From an uncultured archaeon (lineage in GTDB: Archaea > Asgardarchaeota > Jordiarchaeia > Jordiarchaeales > Jordiarchaeaceae): a stretch of DNA of 64,000 nt. The DNA is taken from positions 1,248 to 65,247 of the forward strand of contig CAZECW010000193.1 of the NCBI GenBank assembly GCA_964510585.1. Direction: 5' to 3'. The position numbers and the translations under genes are program-made. Below the pieces are notes generated by a model. It was not told the origin of the DNA. It was given only the letters and a program-made list of their open reading frames with translations, and did no database searches. Positions 21,591 through 31,253 of the stretch are shown piece after piece (position 1 is the first letter of the stretch; the number at the start of each line of letters is the position of its first letter).

Positions 21591-22069
21591 ACCAGATACC
21601 CCAAGTAAAAGCGATAACTCAAATAGCTAATTGGAGGGAGAGTAACGTGAACGTTTTTGAACGATACGAACTCCTATATTAAAATTTTATGTATGGATTG
21701 CGTTGTTGCATAATTTTATTTTTTTTCAATTTATTTAATATATTTTGATGAATTTTTTGCAATTTCACATTGTTAATCTGAAAAAAATTAGGAGTATTAA
21801 ATAAATCCATTCGAAAAAGTAAAATTGTGCAACAAAGCAGTATGGATTAAAAAACACTTTATGGATTGCTTCAAACTTAAAACAGTAGGATAAATTATCA
21901 TTTTTCTCGTTATTGAAAAGTGATAAAATTGCAAAAAAACTTATATTGATAATCGAATATAACAGGTTATCAAAAAGAGAAGAAGAGGAAAACCCCTAAA
22001 GGAAGAGGCAAAGTAGGGGGCCTCAGTCGGCAATAAGGAACTTATTATGATTCAAATTATGAATGAGAA

Positions 22070-23263
22070 TTGTTTAAAAGGGAAGGATATGAAATGGTTA
22101 GAAAAGTAGCCATAGTTGGCACGGGCCAAACTAAACATGGCAAAAGACAGGATGCGAGTTTCCCAGAGCTAGTTTACGACGCAGTTAGCAAGGCTCTGAA
22201 TGATGCCGGCCTACAAATAGAAGAAATAGATGCGGTGGTGACAGGGTCAATGCCTGCCCCCATGGAGGGAGTCAACGCCCCCCACCTCTATTGGGGTGAT
22301 GACCCCGCGGGAGCAGTTTTGAAACCATTAATGCGCGTTGCAACTTGTGGAACCACCGGCGTTTCTGTCGCCCACTCTGGTTACTATCATGTGGCCTCGG
22401 GTATGTTTGATGTAGTAATTGCGGTGGGTGCAGAAAAACAATATGAGGGAGAACCGCAGGGAACAATGACCACTGTTGTTGAGGGGTGCTTCCAAAGACC
22501 CTTTACTGCTGGTGCCCCCAGCGTATTTGCAATTCAATCAAATGAATACGTTCATAGATATAATATTCCTGAGCAAAGGGTGCGTATGGCGGCGGCAGAG
22601 GTTTCGGTGAGAAACCATAACGATGCGCTTGACAATCCCTACGCACACATTCAGATAAAAATCACGGTGGATGATGTTCTAAAGTCAAGAATAATCTGTT
22701 ATCCAGTCAGGCTTTTAGATGTCTGCCCCTCATCTGATGGAGCCACAGCAATAATATATGCTTGTGAGGAGAAGGCTAGGAAAATAACAGACACGCCCGT
22801 TTGGGTTAAGGGTTTAGGATACCGAGGCGACGAGTATTGGATAGGTGACAGCGACAAGGTGATTTGGGATTCAGCAATCGAGGCAGCCAGAATCGCCTAC
22901 AAACAGGCTAAAATTACCAACCCCTTAAAACAACTAGATGTGGCGGAAGTTTACAACCCCTTCACATTCCAAGAACTCTTATACTATGAATGCTTCGGCT
23001 TCTGCGAAAAGGGTGAAGCCTGCAAGTTAGTCGAGGACCAAGTGGTCATGAGGCATGGAGAACTACCCTGCGACCCTTCAGGAGGCGTGCTCTGCACTAA
23101 CCCCATAGGAGCCACCGGAATAACGAGAGTCGCAGAAGCGGCACTACAGGTTCAGGGAAAAGCTGGAAAGCACCAAATTCCAGATGTTGAAACCGCCTTT
23201 GCACACGCAATGGGTGGCGTTTCACAACTAAACGGGGTAATGATACTGGGAAGAACACCCTAA
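22070..23263 (+). CDS. Thiolase (archaeal acetyl-CoA C-acetyltransferase / SCP-x-type)
   Basis: VAIVGTGQTKHGKRQD…; thiolase-like fold with a C-terminal …CDPSGGVLCTNPIGATGITRVAEA… region. The start is probably M at 22094 (MVRKVAIVG). Confidence 0.8.
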   Translation: MFKREGYEMVRKVAIVGTGQTKHGKRQDASFPELVYDAVSKALNDAGLQIEEIDAVVTGSMPAPMEGVNAPHLYWGDDPAGAVLKPLMRVATCGTTGVSVAHSGYYHVASGMFDVVIAVGAEKQYEGEPQGTMTTVVEGCFQRPFTAGAPSVFAIQSNEYVHRYNIPEQRVRMAAAEVSVRNHNDALDNPYAHIQIKITVDDVLKSRIICYPVRLLDVCPSSDGATAIIYACEEKARKITDTPVWVKGLGYRGDEYWIGDSDKVIWDSAIEAARIAYKQAKITNPLKQLDVAEVYNPFTFQELLYYECFGFCEKGEACKLVEDQVVMRHGELPCDPSGGVLCTNPIGATGITRVAEAALQVQGKAGKHQIPDVETAFAHAMGGVSQLNGVMILGRTP

Positions 23264-23714
23264 AAAACCATTTATTTCACCTTTCTTCCCACAGCAAAAT
23301 TATACCCTCTGAGAATTCTCTGCCTTCGACATAGTTCTTCTTGTTTCTTCTAATTTGGATTCTTTAACGCAAATTTCCCTAAACAAACATGTACAATTGT
23401 TTCTTTAGTTTGTGAAGTTTTCTCTCACCCCTCCTTTTTCAGAGACTAATACTTCCACTAAATGGGGCAGCCTCTATCCTAATTTTTCCCTCGGTGTGAA
23501 TTCTCTTTTTGGTTACATGATTAGTTGCTCTTTAATTGTGTTTGACTTGTTTCCTTGAGTTAAGTTGGTTTGGGTAAACCATTAATTTTGGAGTTCGATT
23601 TCGGCATATTCGTCATTTGTCGTATCTCTAGGAAGTGTTGGAGATAAAGTTTAAATTTGGAAAAAACGCAAAAATAGTAATTCCAACCAATCAAGTATAG
23701 AGGAGTGATATTGA

Positions 23715-24131
23715 ATGAGTCTCACCTACATAAAATATGGTGTTCTATTGGCTCTACTGGGCGGTCTCCTCGGAATCATTGCCTTCATTTTGGGACTACT
23801 GATGACCCCTATTTTGGCCTCGCTGATGCCTAACATGCTCCTTACTATTCTTGGATACCTAAGCCTACTAGCCTCAATTATAATACTCATACTTACTTTA
23901 GCACTGGCAGCAAGGAAGCTTCTAGCAAAAATAAAGACAATAATTCTCCTAGTGATTATCTTGGGAATTATCGAGCTTTTGAACCTTAACTTCGCAACCA
24001 TTGCGCCAGTCATTTCAATTATAGGCGGCTTACTCGCCATAATTGGTGGCGTATTAGCCATGATGGGCATGAGACCAGCGCCGGCACCAAAACCAGCTGA
24101 AGCAAAACCAAAAGCTAAGAAGGCAAAGTAA
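23715..24131 (+). CDS. Small multi-TM membrane protein with a lysine/proline/alanine-rich C-terminal tail
   Basis: AGGAGTG RBS before the ATG. Four predicted hydrophobic helices; tail PAPAPKPAEAKPKAKKAK. Chosen over the antisense ORF 23726..24160. Confidence 0.5.
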   Translation: MSLTYIKYGVLLALLGGLLGIIAFILGLLMTPILASLMPNMLLTILGYLSLLASIIILILTLALAARKLLAKIKTIILLVIILGIIELLNLNFATIAPVISIIGGLLAIIGGVLAMMGMRPAPAPKPAEAKPKAKKAK

Positions 24132-24305
24132 GGAGACCAAAAGGCGTTTCTAAAAAACATTTTTTGTTTTTTCTTTTCTTAATTTAATGGAATATGCTCT
24201 CTCTTTTGATTGTGGTTCCCATAAGGATTTTTCAAGTTTTTGTTTGGCATTGTTGATGATTACTTTTATTAATACTGGTGTTTTAGGAATTTTGTGGGGT
24301 TCTAA

Positions 24306-24932
24306 ATGAATATTGGAGTGCTTGTTTCCGGTAGGGGTTCTAATCTTCAAGCAATTATAGATGCTGTGGAGTCTGGCTATATTAAGGCTAAAATCAGTGT
24401 AGTTATAAGTAGTCGAAAGGACGCTCCAGCCCTGCAGAGAGCCAAAGAACATGGGATTGAAGCCATCTTCATTGATCCTCAGGATTTCTGGAAGGACAAG
24501 GAGCACCGTGAGGAGAAAAGGGTCGAGTACGATAAGAAAATTATTGCGGAACTTGAAAAGAGAAATGTTGAATTGGTGCTCCTTGCAGGCTACATGCTCA
24601 TGCTCAGCCCCTACTTTGTCAACAAATACAAAAACAGGATTATGAACATTCACCCCGCCCTGCTCCCTTCATTCCCCGGAGTAAACGCTCAAAAACAGGC
24701 TCTAGAATACGGAGTTAAATACACCGGAGCCACAGTACACTTTGTGGATGCAGAAATGGATCATGGACCCATAATACTCCAAGATGTTGTGCCAGTTTAT
24801 GACGACGACACAGTGGAAACCCTATCCAATAGAATCCTGGAAAAGGAACACAAAATCTACGTAGAAGCAGTTAAACTATTCACAGAAGGAAAACTCAAGG
24901 TAGAGGGGAGAAGGGTAAAAATTTTGAAATGA
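24306..24932 (+). CDS. purN: Phosphoribosylglycinamide formyltransferase
   Basis: IGVLVSGRGSNLQAIID…, NIHPALLPSFPG, HFVDAEMDHGPII formyltransferase motifs. Confidence 0.85.
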   Translation: MNIGVLVSGRGSNLQAIIDAVESGYIKAKISVVISSRKDAPALQRAKEHGIEAIFIDPQDFWKDKEHREEKRVEYDKKIIAELEKRNVELVLLAGYMLMLSPYFVNKYKNRIMNIHPALLPSFPGVNAQKQALEYGVKYTGATVHFVDAEMDHGPIILQDVVPVYDDDTVETLSNRILEKEHKIYVEAVKLFTEGKLKVEGRRVKILK

Positions 24933-24952
24933 TTCATCTCAATTTGTGTAAC

Positions 24953-26386
24953 CTATCCTTCCCTGTGTTTGTCTAGGAATTCCCTGTACTCAATTATTCT
25001 CTTTATGGCTTTAGAGGCTCGGGTCATGGTGGGCACCACAGATATGCCGCGGGCAGTGTAGAATTTTCTGAGAAATATGGCTTCATGTTCACTAAATGCG
25101 GGCAGAATTGCCATAACAAAGGGTTTCCCCAACTCGTTTTTTATGTAGTCAGCAGCATCCTTTATGGATTTGCGGAGATTAATGTACCATTCATAACCTC
25201 TAGAGCGTTTTGCAAAGCTTCTGAAGCGGTCTAACATCTCGAAAATGACGAAGTCAATGTTATCCTCAGACGCTGCCACCTTGACCACTTCGGCAATGTT
25301 TGCGAATCGGAAAAAGGCTGAAGGAATATCCAGAGGGTTTCTGGTGCTTATACCCGCTGCGGGAACCATTTTCTCAATTTTCTCCCTGGTCTCTCTCGAG
25401 AGTAAGGGAATCTCCAAACCCATTTCCACAGCTTTGTCCGTTTCTGTGACACTTTCCCCTCCGCTAAAGGAGACTATGAGGCCTCTCCTACCCCTAGGTG
25501 GTGGATTTTTCAGAAAAACCAAATAAGTATCAACTAGATCCTCTAGGTCCCTAATGTCTATGGCCCCAATCTGTTTCAAAGCCGCCCTCCAAATATTCCC
25601 AGAACCCGCCAGAGAGCCAGTGTGAGAAGAAACCGCCACCGCTCCCCTCTCTGTTTGTCCCCCCTTCCAAACTATCACCGGCTTCTTCTTAACCGCTTCT
25701 TTTAACGTTTCGAAGAGTCTCCTCCCATTCTTGGTTCCCTCAATATAGGTGGAGATAATCTTTGTTTTGGGATCTTCAGCCAGATACTCTAAAAAGTCCG
25801 GATTGTCCAAGTCTATGGCGTTCCCGTAGCTAACCACTTTACTGAAGCCAACACCCCTCAATCTACCAGTATAAATCACCTGCTCCGTAAGCGCACCGCT
25901 CTGAGCTATGAAGGCTACTGGTCCGGGACGCTTGGGAAAGCCGGGTAGGAAAGATAAACCACTCTCCGGGCAATAGACACCCATACAGTTGGGTCCAATT
26001 ATTCGGGTCACACCCTTCCTCGCAATTTTTAGAAGCTCCTGCTCCAGCTTTTTTCCTTCCTCGGTTCCAGTCTCACTGAACCCCGAGGTGAAAAAATGAA
26101 CCGTTTTAACCCCCTTCTCAACACATTCCCTCATAACATCCGGAGTATACTTGGCGGGAACAGTCACTGTGGCGAAATCAATGTCACCAGGAATATCAAG
26201 GACACTCTTATAACATTTGAAGTTCAAAATGCTTTCCCTATTGGGGTTGACCACATATATTTTTCCCCTAAATCCTGTAACTAGGGGACCCTGAAGATAG
26301 AATAAGGAGCCCTCATTAATGCCGATAAAGGCAATGGACTCAGGGTGAAACAATCTCTCGAAATACTCGAATTTTTCACGATCCAA
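24953..26386 (-). CDS. Acyl-CoA synthetase (NDP/ADP-forming), alpha subunit (CoA-binding + ligase-CoA domains)
   Basis: SIAFIGINEGSL…YVVNP…ATVTVPAKYTPDVMRECVEKGVKTVHFFTSGFSE…IIGPNCMGVY… as in ACD alpha. Confidence 0.75.
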   Translation of the reverse strand: MDREKFEYFERLFHPESIAFIGINEGSLFYLQGPLVTGFRGKIYVVNPNRESILNFKCYKSVLDIPGDIDFATVTVPAKYTPDVMRECVEKGVKTVHFFTSGFSETGTEEGKKLEQELLKIARKGVTRIIGPNCMGVYCPESGLSFLPGFPKRPGPVAFIAQSGALTEQVIYTGRLRGVGFSKVVSYGNAIDLDNPDFLEYLAEDPKTKIISTYIEGTKNGRRLFETLKEAVKKKPVIVWKGGQTERGAVAVSSHTGSLAGSGNIWRAALKQIGAIDIRDLEDLVDTYLVFLKNPPPRGRRGLIVSFSGGESVTETDKAVEMGLEIPLLSRETREKIEKMVPAAGISTRNPLDIPSAFFRFANIAEVVKVAASEDNIDFVIFEMLDRFRSFAKRSRGYEWYINLRKSIKDAADYIKNELGKPFVMAILPAFSEHEAIFLRKFYTARGISVVPTMTRASKAIKRIIEYREFLDKHREG

Positions 26387-26544
26387 GAAAAATCACCAGT
26401 ATACTGTACTTTTAACAACACAAGTCATAAGGATTGAATATTAAACTTTTCCAAAATTTTCTACACACCAAAATTTTTGGTAACGCATATAAGTACCAAC
26501 GACCAAAATACTTTATCCAATACCTTGAATAGTGAGATGGTATT

Positions 26545-28026
26545 ATGGTTAGTGTTTTAAAGGCTTTAGAAGACGCCGTAGGCTCAGAATATGTTTCAGA
26601 CAAGGACTTCATAACCTATGCCTACGCCAGAGGAATAGACAGCGCCCTCCCAGCAAACCCACCAGACTATGTGGTGAAGCCAGGAACAACAGAGGAAGTC
26701 GCTGCGGTAATGCGCATCGCCAACCAGTACAAAATACCAGTGGTTCCACGTGGAGGAGGCTGCTGTTTAACCGGTGGTTCAAAGCCCATAGAGAAGGGAG
26801 GAATACTTCTAGACACAACCAGAATGCACAAAATACTAAACATTGATTTAAACACCCTAACCGTAACCGTTGAAGCAGGAATAACTTGGGCAGAGCTCAA
26901 CAACAAACTTAACGAGTTGGGCTACTACACTGGAAACCTTGGTCCAGGAAGCGGAATGTCCGCTGTAGTAGGAGGCGGACTCTCGCACCACAGCGTGGGA
27001 GGAGGCGGAGGAGCGAAATACGGCACTTGCACCGAGCACGTTGTAGCCCTAGAAGTTGTATTGCCAACTGGCCAAATAATAAATACGGGCGCAAACGCCA
27101 GCGTCTACACCAAGGAGCCATTCTGCAGATTTGGATTCGGCCCAGATCTAACCGGACTATTTCTGGGCGATAATGGACTTTTGGGAATAAAAACCAAAGC
27201 AACATTGGAGATTTTCCCCAAACCTCCCTACCATGCGGCTAAGACCTTCACCATAGAGGAGCCCTCAGCTGAGAACGCGGCCAAAATCTGGCTAGCATGG
27301 AGGAGAAGAGGAGACCTTGGAATTTATGATTCACAGTGGTGGCCTCTAATAATGGTTCTAGGTCTACAACTACTTTTAGATGTGCCACCAGTAAAGCCTT
27401 GGGTGGGGCTACAGAAGGCAGTGTTCTGGTACACAATGGAGGCCGAAACAGAGGAGCAGCTGGAAGCCAACATGAAAATTGTGGATAAAATATGTAAGGA
27501 AAATGGTTGTACAGAGTTGGGACCCGAATTAAAGGATGGAAACATTGCAAAATGGCACTATGAGGAACAGGGACACTGGCTGAACTGGCACAGCCTCTGG
27601 GGAGGGATGGGGCCAGGTTCCATACCCCTAACAACAGAACATCACCAGGCCATACACCGCGTTCCTTATATTAGCAAGAAACTTGACGAGTGGGAAGCGG
27701 CACACAGGGCAGAACTTGATGCGAACGGTGGAATGCAGACCGGCATATCTACAGCAATTCTCTGTGGGCATACGACTGTGGAGGTTGACTCTGGGCTTCT
27801 GGCTTGGGATAAACCAGAATACCGTGAGAAGAATCTGGAGCTCTGGAAGAGTCAGATTGAGATGCTGCTAAGAGAGGGGGCAATGCCCTACATGGTTGGA
27901 GAGATGTTTAGCAAGGGACTAATAGACACTGAGGCATTTAACGGAACCTATTACGCTTTTCTTAGAGATGTAAAAAGGGCTTTGGATCCCAATAGAATTC
28001 TGAGTCCCGGAAAATTCTATCTCTAG
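26545..28026 (+). CDS. FAD-linked oxidase (GlcD / D-lactate dehydrogenase family)
   Basis: FAD-binding PCMH domain (…VVPRGGGCCLTGGS…) and a C-terminal FAD-oxidase domain. Confidence 0.8.
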   Translation: MVSVLKALEDAVGSEYVSDKDFITYAYARGIDSALPANPPDYVVKPGTTEEVAAVMRIANQYKIPVVPRGGGCCLTGGSKPIEKGGILLDTTRMHKILNIDLNTLTVTVEAGITWAELNNKLNELGYYTGNLGPGSGMSAVVGGGLSHHSVGGGGGAKYGTCTEHVVALEVVLPTGQIINTGANASVYTKEPFCRFGFGPDLTGLFLGDNGLLGIKTKATLEIFPKPPYHAAKTFTIEEPSAENAAKIWLAWRRRGDLGIYDSQWWPLIMVLGLQLLLDVPPVKPWVGLQKAVFWYTMEAETEEQLEANMKIVDKICKENGCTELGPELKDGNIAKWHYEEQGHWLNWHSLWGGMGPGSIPLTTEHHQAIHRVPYISKKLDEWEAAHRAELDANGGMQTGISTAILCGHTTVEVDSGLLAWDKPEYREKNLELWKSQIEMLLREGAMPYMVGEMFSKGLIDTEAFNGTYYAFLRDVKRALDPNRILSPGKFYL

Positions 28027-28040
28027 GAGGAAAAAGAATA

Positions 28041-29246
28041 ATGGCTAAAATGAAAAATACAAGAAAGCTATCGGACATGGTTTATGCCTGCTCCGGCATT
28101 GGCGATTGTAGAATAGCTTATAGGTGGGCTGTGGGCAGATACGGAGTTTGCCCGGTTCTTGAGCACTCCCCCCAGTTTGACCCCTTCTATGCTCGGGGCA
28201 AAATACGCATCGCTAAGGGGCTTTTAGAGGGTGCGCTTGAACCCAGCAAAGAACTAGCAGAAGTACTATATCAGTGCACCACTTGTGGTAATTGTCACTC
28301 CGCCTGCCACCAGAGCATGTGTGAGGAAATAGTACTACCCATAAGTAGATTTATTGATCATGTGAAGCTTTTCGAGGCTATGAGGGCGGACCTGGTTGAG
28401 GAAGGATTTGGTCCCATGCCCAGGCATAAAGAGATACTGGAGTCAACCAGAAAGGAGCATAATCCCTACATGGAGAAACACGCTGACCGCGTAAAATGGA
28501 TTCCTAAGGGTAAAAAGATTCCCCAGAAGGCAGACCTAGTATGGTTTGTGGGTTGTACGGAGCCCTATCGCCAACCAGATTTGGCTCAAGCATTTCTGAA
28601 AATTCTGGAGGCTTCAAAAACAAACTTTGCAATAATACATCCCGAGGAGTGGTGCTGCGGTTCCGTGTTTTTCAGAACTGGAGTGTGGGACATGGCTGAG
28701 GAGCTTGCAAAACACAACTTAGAAGCTCTCAAAGCTGCTGGAGCTAAAAAAGTGGTAATTCACTGTGCAGGTTGCTACAGAACAATTGCCAAGGATTATG
28801 CGGAATTATTTGGAGAGCTTCCCTTCAAAGTGGTTAACGCAGTGGAGCTTATCAGAGACTTCATGAAGGAGGGCAAGTTGAAACTCAAAAAACTGGACAC
28901 CAAAGTAACCTACCATGACCCCTGCCACCTTGGAAGACATATGAAAATATATGACGCTCCTCGAGAGATACTTGAAATGATGCCTGGAGTGCAACTTGTT
29001 GAGATGAAAAGGATAAAGGAAGCTTCCTGGTGCTGCGGAGCGGGTGGGGGCGTTAAAAGCGGCTTTCCAGAACTGGCAGTAGACATAGCTAAGGACAGAA
29101 TAAAGGAAGCTGAGGAGACTGGAGCAGATTACTTGGTGACTGCTTGTCCCTTCTGCGTGAAGAATCTCCAAGACGCGGCAGAGGCTTTGAACAGCAAAAT
29201 TAAGGTTTTAGACATTGTGGAACTAGTAGCCGAAAACTTGGCATAA
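28041..29246 (+). CDS. Fe-S subunit with two CCG (cysteine-rich) domains, GlcF/HdrD-like partner of the upstream oxidase
   Basis: CTTCGNCHSACHQ ferredoxin-like cluster. Two CCG motifs (EEWCCGSVFF; SWCCGAGGG) and …CPFC…. Confidence 0.75.
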   Translation: MAKMKNTRKLSDMVYACSGIGDCRIAYRWAVGRYGVCPVLEHSPQFDPFYARGKIRIAKGLLEGALEPSKELAEVLYQCTTCGNCHSACHQSMCEEIVLPISRFIDHVKLFEAMRADLVEEGFGPMPRHKEILESTRKEHNPYMEKHADRVKWIPKGKKIPQKADLVWFVGCTEPYRQPDLAQAFLKILEASKTNFAIIHPEEWCCGSVFFRTGVWDMAEELAKHNLEALKAAGAKKVVIHCAGCYRTIAKDYAELFGELPFKVVNAVELIRDFMKEGKLKLKKLDTKVTYHDPCHLGRHMKIYDAPREILEMMPGVQLVEMKRIKEASWCCGAGGGVKSGFPELAVDIAKDRIKEAEETGADYLVTACPFCVKNLQDAAEALNSKIKVLDIVELVAENLA

Positions 29247-29540
29247 AAAAGCGACATCATTCCCCTCCTTTTCCGAACACATCTTTTATTTTTTGATGAT
29301 TCGTCGGTCAATGTGGGGGTCGCCTGAGTTTTCTATAACTCGGGGTCAAATTTGATTTTTTTAATTTTGAATAATTGGATGCTTCCATCTTAGCCTGTTC
29401 TCGTTAAACTTAAAAAGGTTGTAGAATTCCTAAAGCGTAAAAACAAATTCAATTGAGATTAAAATTCAAGTTAATTATGAGCCTGTTTAGGGATAGATGT
29501 TACCTTTATGATGGGATAATCTAAATAAGGCTACCATTCT

Positions 29541-29560
29541 CAGTTACTAGATAGTAACTG
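29541..29560. promoter_or_regulatory. Perfect 20-bp palindrome (9-bp arms, 2-nt spacer) abutting the nadK start codon
   Basis: CAGTTACTAGATAGTAACTG ends 1 nt before GTGATGATG (nadK start). Candidate operator or RBS-sequestering hairpin. Confidence 0.5.
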
Positions 29561-30439
29561 GTGATGATGTTAGAGATGGCAAACAAGGTTGGTTTCGTGG
29601 TTAGGACTGGTTCCCAGGCGGCATTATCCTCCACCGAAGATATTTCAAAATTTTTGAAGAGAAGGGGATTCGCCACTTATACCATTAGTGGTGTGGATGA
29701 TGTGCAGGATGGCACCTTTTTCATAATTTCTAATGGGGGGGATGGTACAGTTCTGAAAACCGCCAGGATGGTTGTGGAGCGTGGGGGAGGTATTCCCATT
29801 TTTCCAGTGAATTCTGGCACCGTTGGTTTTCTAACTGAGGTGGATGCTCACAACGCGATACCAGAACTGGAAAAGATTTTGGGAGGGCATTACAAGGAGG
29901 AAGATCACCACGTATTAGACGTTTACCTGAAAGAAAAGTATGTGGGATTCGCGGTAAATGATGTTGTCATCACTTGTGAGCATGGAAGGATACTTAATGG
30001 AAAATTGTTTCTGGATAATGTTCTAATATCATCAATTCGCGGTGACCGGGTAGTAATAGCTCCACCCTTGGGTTCGACTGCCTACAATTTATCCGCAGGA
30101 GGATCAATAATACATCCAAAACTTGAGGCGATGTCGATTACCTGCGTTGCGCAATTTTACACAAGTAGGTTTTTCCCACTTATTGTGCCCATTAACACTA
30201 ATGTAAAATTTGTTTTGTCTGATACACCTTACGACAACTATGTTGTTCTAGACGGACAGATAGCTGAGGTAAATGGGAAGAAAATTAGAGGTGGACAAAC
30301 CATCGAGGTGAGGGTGTCTCAGAAAACATTCAAACTAATTTACACTGAAAGATCCTTCTATGAAAGGATAAACAAGGTTATCCTAACCCAACAAGAGAAA
30401 GCCCCATGGATAGAACCCCTTCCCGGAGACATCTACTGA
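29561..30439 (+). CDS. nadK: NAD+ kinase
   Basis: GGDGT motif (ISNGGDGTVL), NDVVI, and the C-terminal …GSTAYNLSAGGSIIHP… segment. Confidence 0.85.
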   Translation: MMMLEMANKVGFVVRTGSQAALSSTEDISKFLKRRGFATYTISGVDDVQDGTFFIISNGGDGTVLKTARMVVERGGGIPIFPVNSGTVGFLTEVDAHNAIPELEKILGGHYKEEDHHVLDVYLKEKYVGFAVNDVVITCEHGRILNGKLFLDNVLISSIRGDRVVIAPPLGSTAYNLSAGGSIIHPKLEAMSITCVAQFYTSRFFPLIVPINTNVKFVLSDTPYDNYVVLDGQIAEVNGKKIRGGQTIEVRVSQKTFKLIYTERSFYERINKVILTQQEKAPWIEPLPGDIY

Positions 30440-30617
30440 AAAGTGAACCCTGCCTATTATTCTGAAACAACCTAATGTTTATGCTAAAGTGTATGAATCA
30501 AGTCGTAGGAATCATCGTCAATTATTGAATAGAAACAGAACCATTAAATATGAAGTTTGCATAACTATTGATTCACTTAAAATTTTTGCCTATTTTTCAA
30601 GAATTGGAGTTGGTGCT

Positions 30618-31028
30618 ATGCCGATTAAGGTAGGAGATATGGTGAAAATTGAGTATACTTTAACCCTTAACGATGGAACTATTCTCGACACATCGGAGGG
30701 TAAAAGACCCCTAGAATTTGAGGCGGGTTCGGGACGCGTAATAAAGGGTTTGAGTCAAGCAGTGATAGGGATGGAAAAAGGGGAAGAAAAACTGGTCAAA
30801 ATAGAACCCAAAGACGCTTACGGATACCGCAAGCCTGAATGGATAAAAAGGATTCCCAGAGACAAGCTTCCCCCCAATTTGGAGGAGAATATGACCCTGA
30901 CGTTTACTATGTTTGATGGGACACAGATATCGGGACGAATAATAGGAATAACAGAGGAGGTAGTCACTGTGGATTTCAACCATCCATTAGCCGGGCTGGT
31001 TCTAAACTTTAAGATAAAAATTGTGTAA
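30618..31028 (+). CDS. FKBP-type peptidyl-prolyl cis-trans isomerase (SlyD-like)
   Basis: MPIKVGDMVKIEYTLTLNDGTILDTSEG…LEFEAGSGRVIKGLSQAVIGMEKGE… FKBP fold. The ORF-track start at 30489 is probably too far upstream. Confidence 0.8.
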   Translation: MPIKVGDMVKIEYTLTLNDGTILDTSEGKRPLEFEAGSGRVIKGLSQAVIGMEKGEEKLVKIEPKDAYGYRKPEWIKRIPRDKLPPNLEENMTLTFTMFDGTQISGRIIGITEEVVTVDFNHPLAGLVLNFKIKIV

Positions 31029-31040
31029 CTGTCTCAAACA

Positions 31041-31217
31041 TTATTCCAGCCTGATGGCTCCCGCTGTGCATACAGAAACGCACTTTCCGCATCCTTTACA
31101 CTCATCCTTGACCCTTGCTTTTGCCTTGACTATTTTGACTCCTTTCTCGGGCAGTGGGCACTCAAATAAGCAAAATGCGCAACCTGTACACTTATCCTCA
31201 TCAATGATTATTTTCAT
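31041..31217 (-). CDS. 2x[4Fe-4S] ferredoxin (58 aa), immediately downstream of acyl-CoA dehydrogenase
   Basis: Manual translation gives MKIIIDEDKCTGCAFCLFECPLPEKGVKIVKAKARVKDECKGCGKCVSVCTAGAIRLE. Two CxxCxxCxxxC(P) clusters. AGGAGGA Shine-Dalgarno-like site 7 nt upstream. Below the 60-aa ORF-track cutoff. Confidence 0.65.
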   Translation of the reverse strand: MKIIIDEDKCTGCAFCLFECPLPEKGVKIVKAKARVKDECKGCGKCVSVCTAGAIRLE

Positions 31218-31253
31218 TGATCCTCCTCTTTACATGTCATAAAATTAACTAGT

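Noticed and set aside
23726-24160. 144-aa minus-strand ORF
   Set aside because: Overlaps the + strand membrane-protein ORF. That ORF has a good RBS, a coherent TM-helix pattern and a charged tail. The minus ORF is low-complexity.
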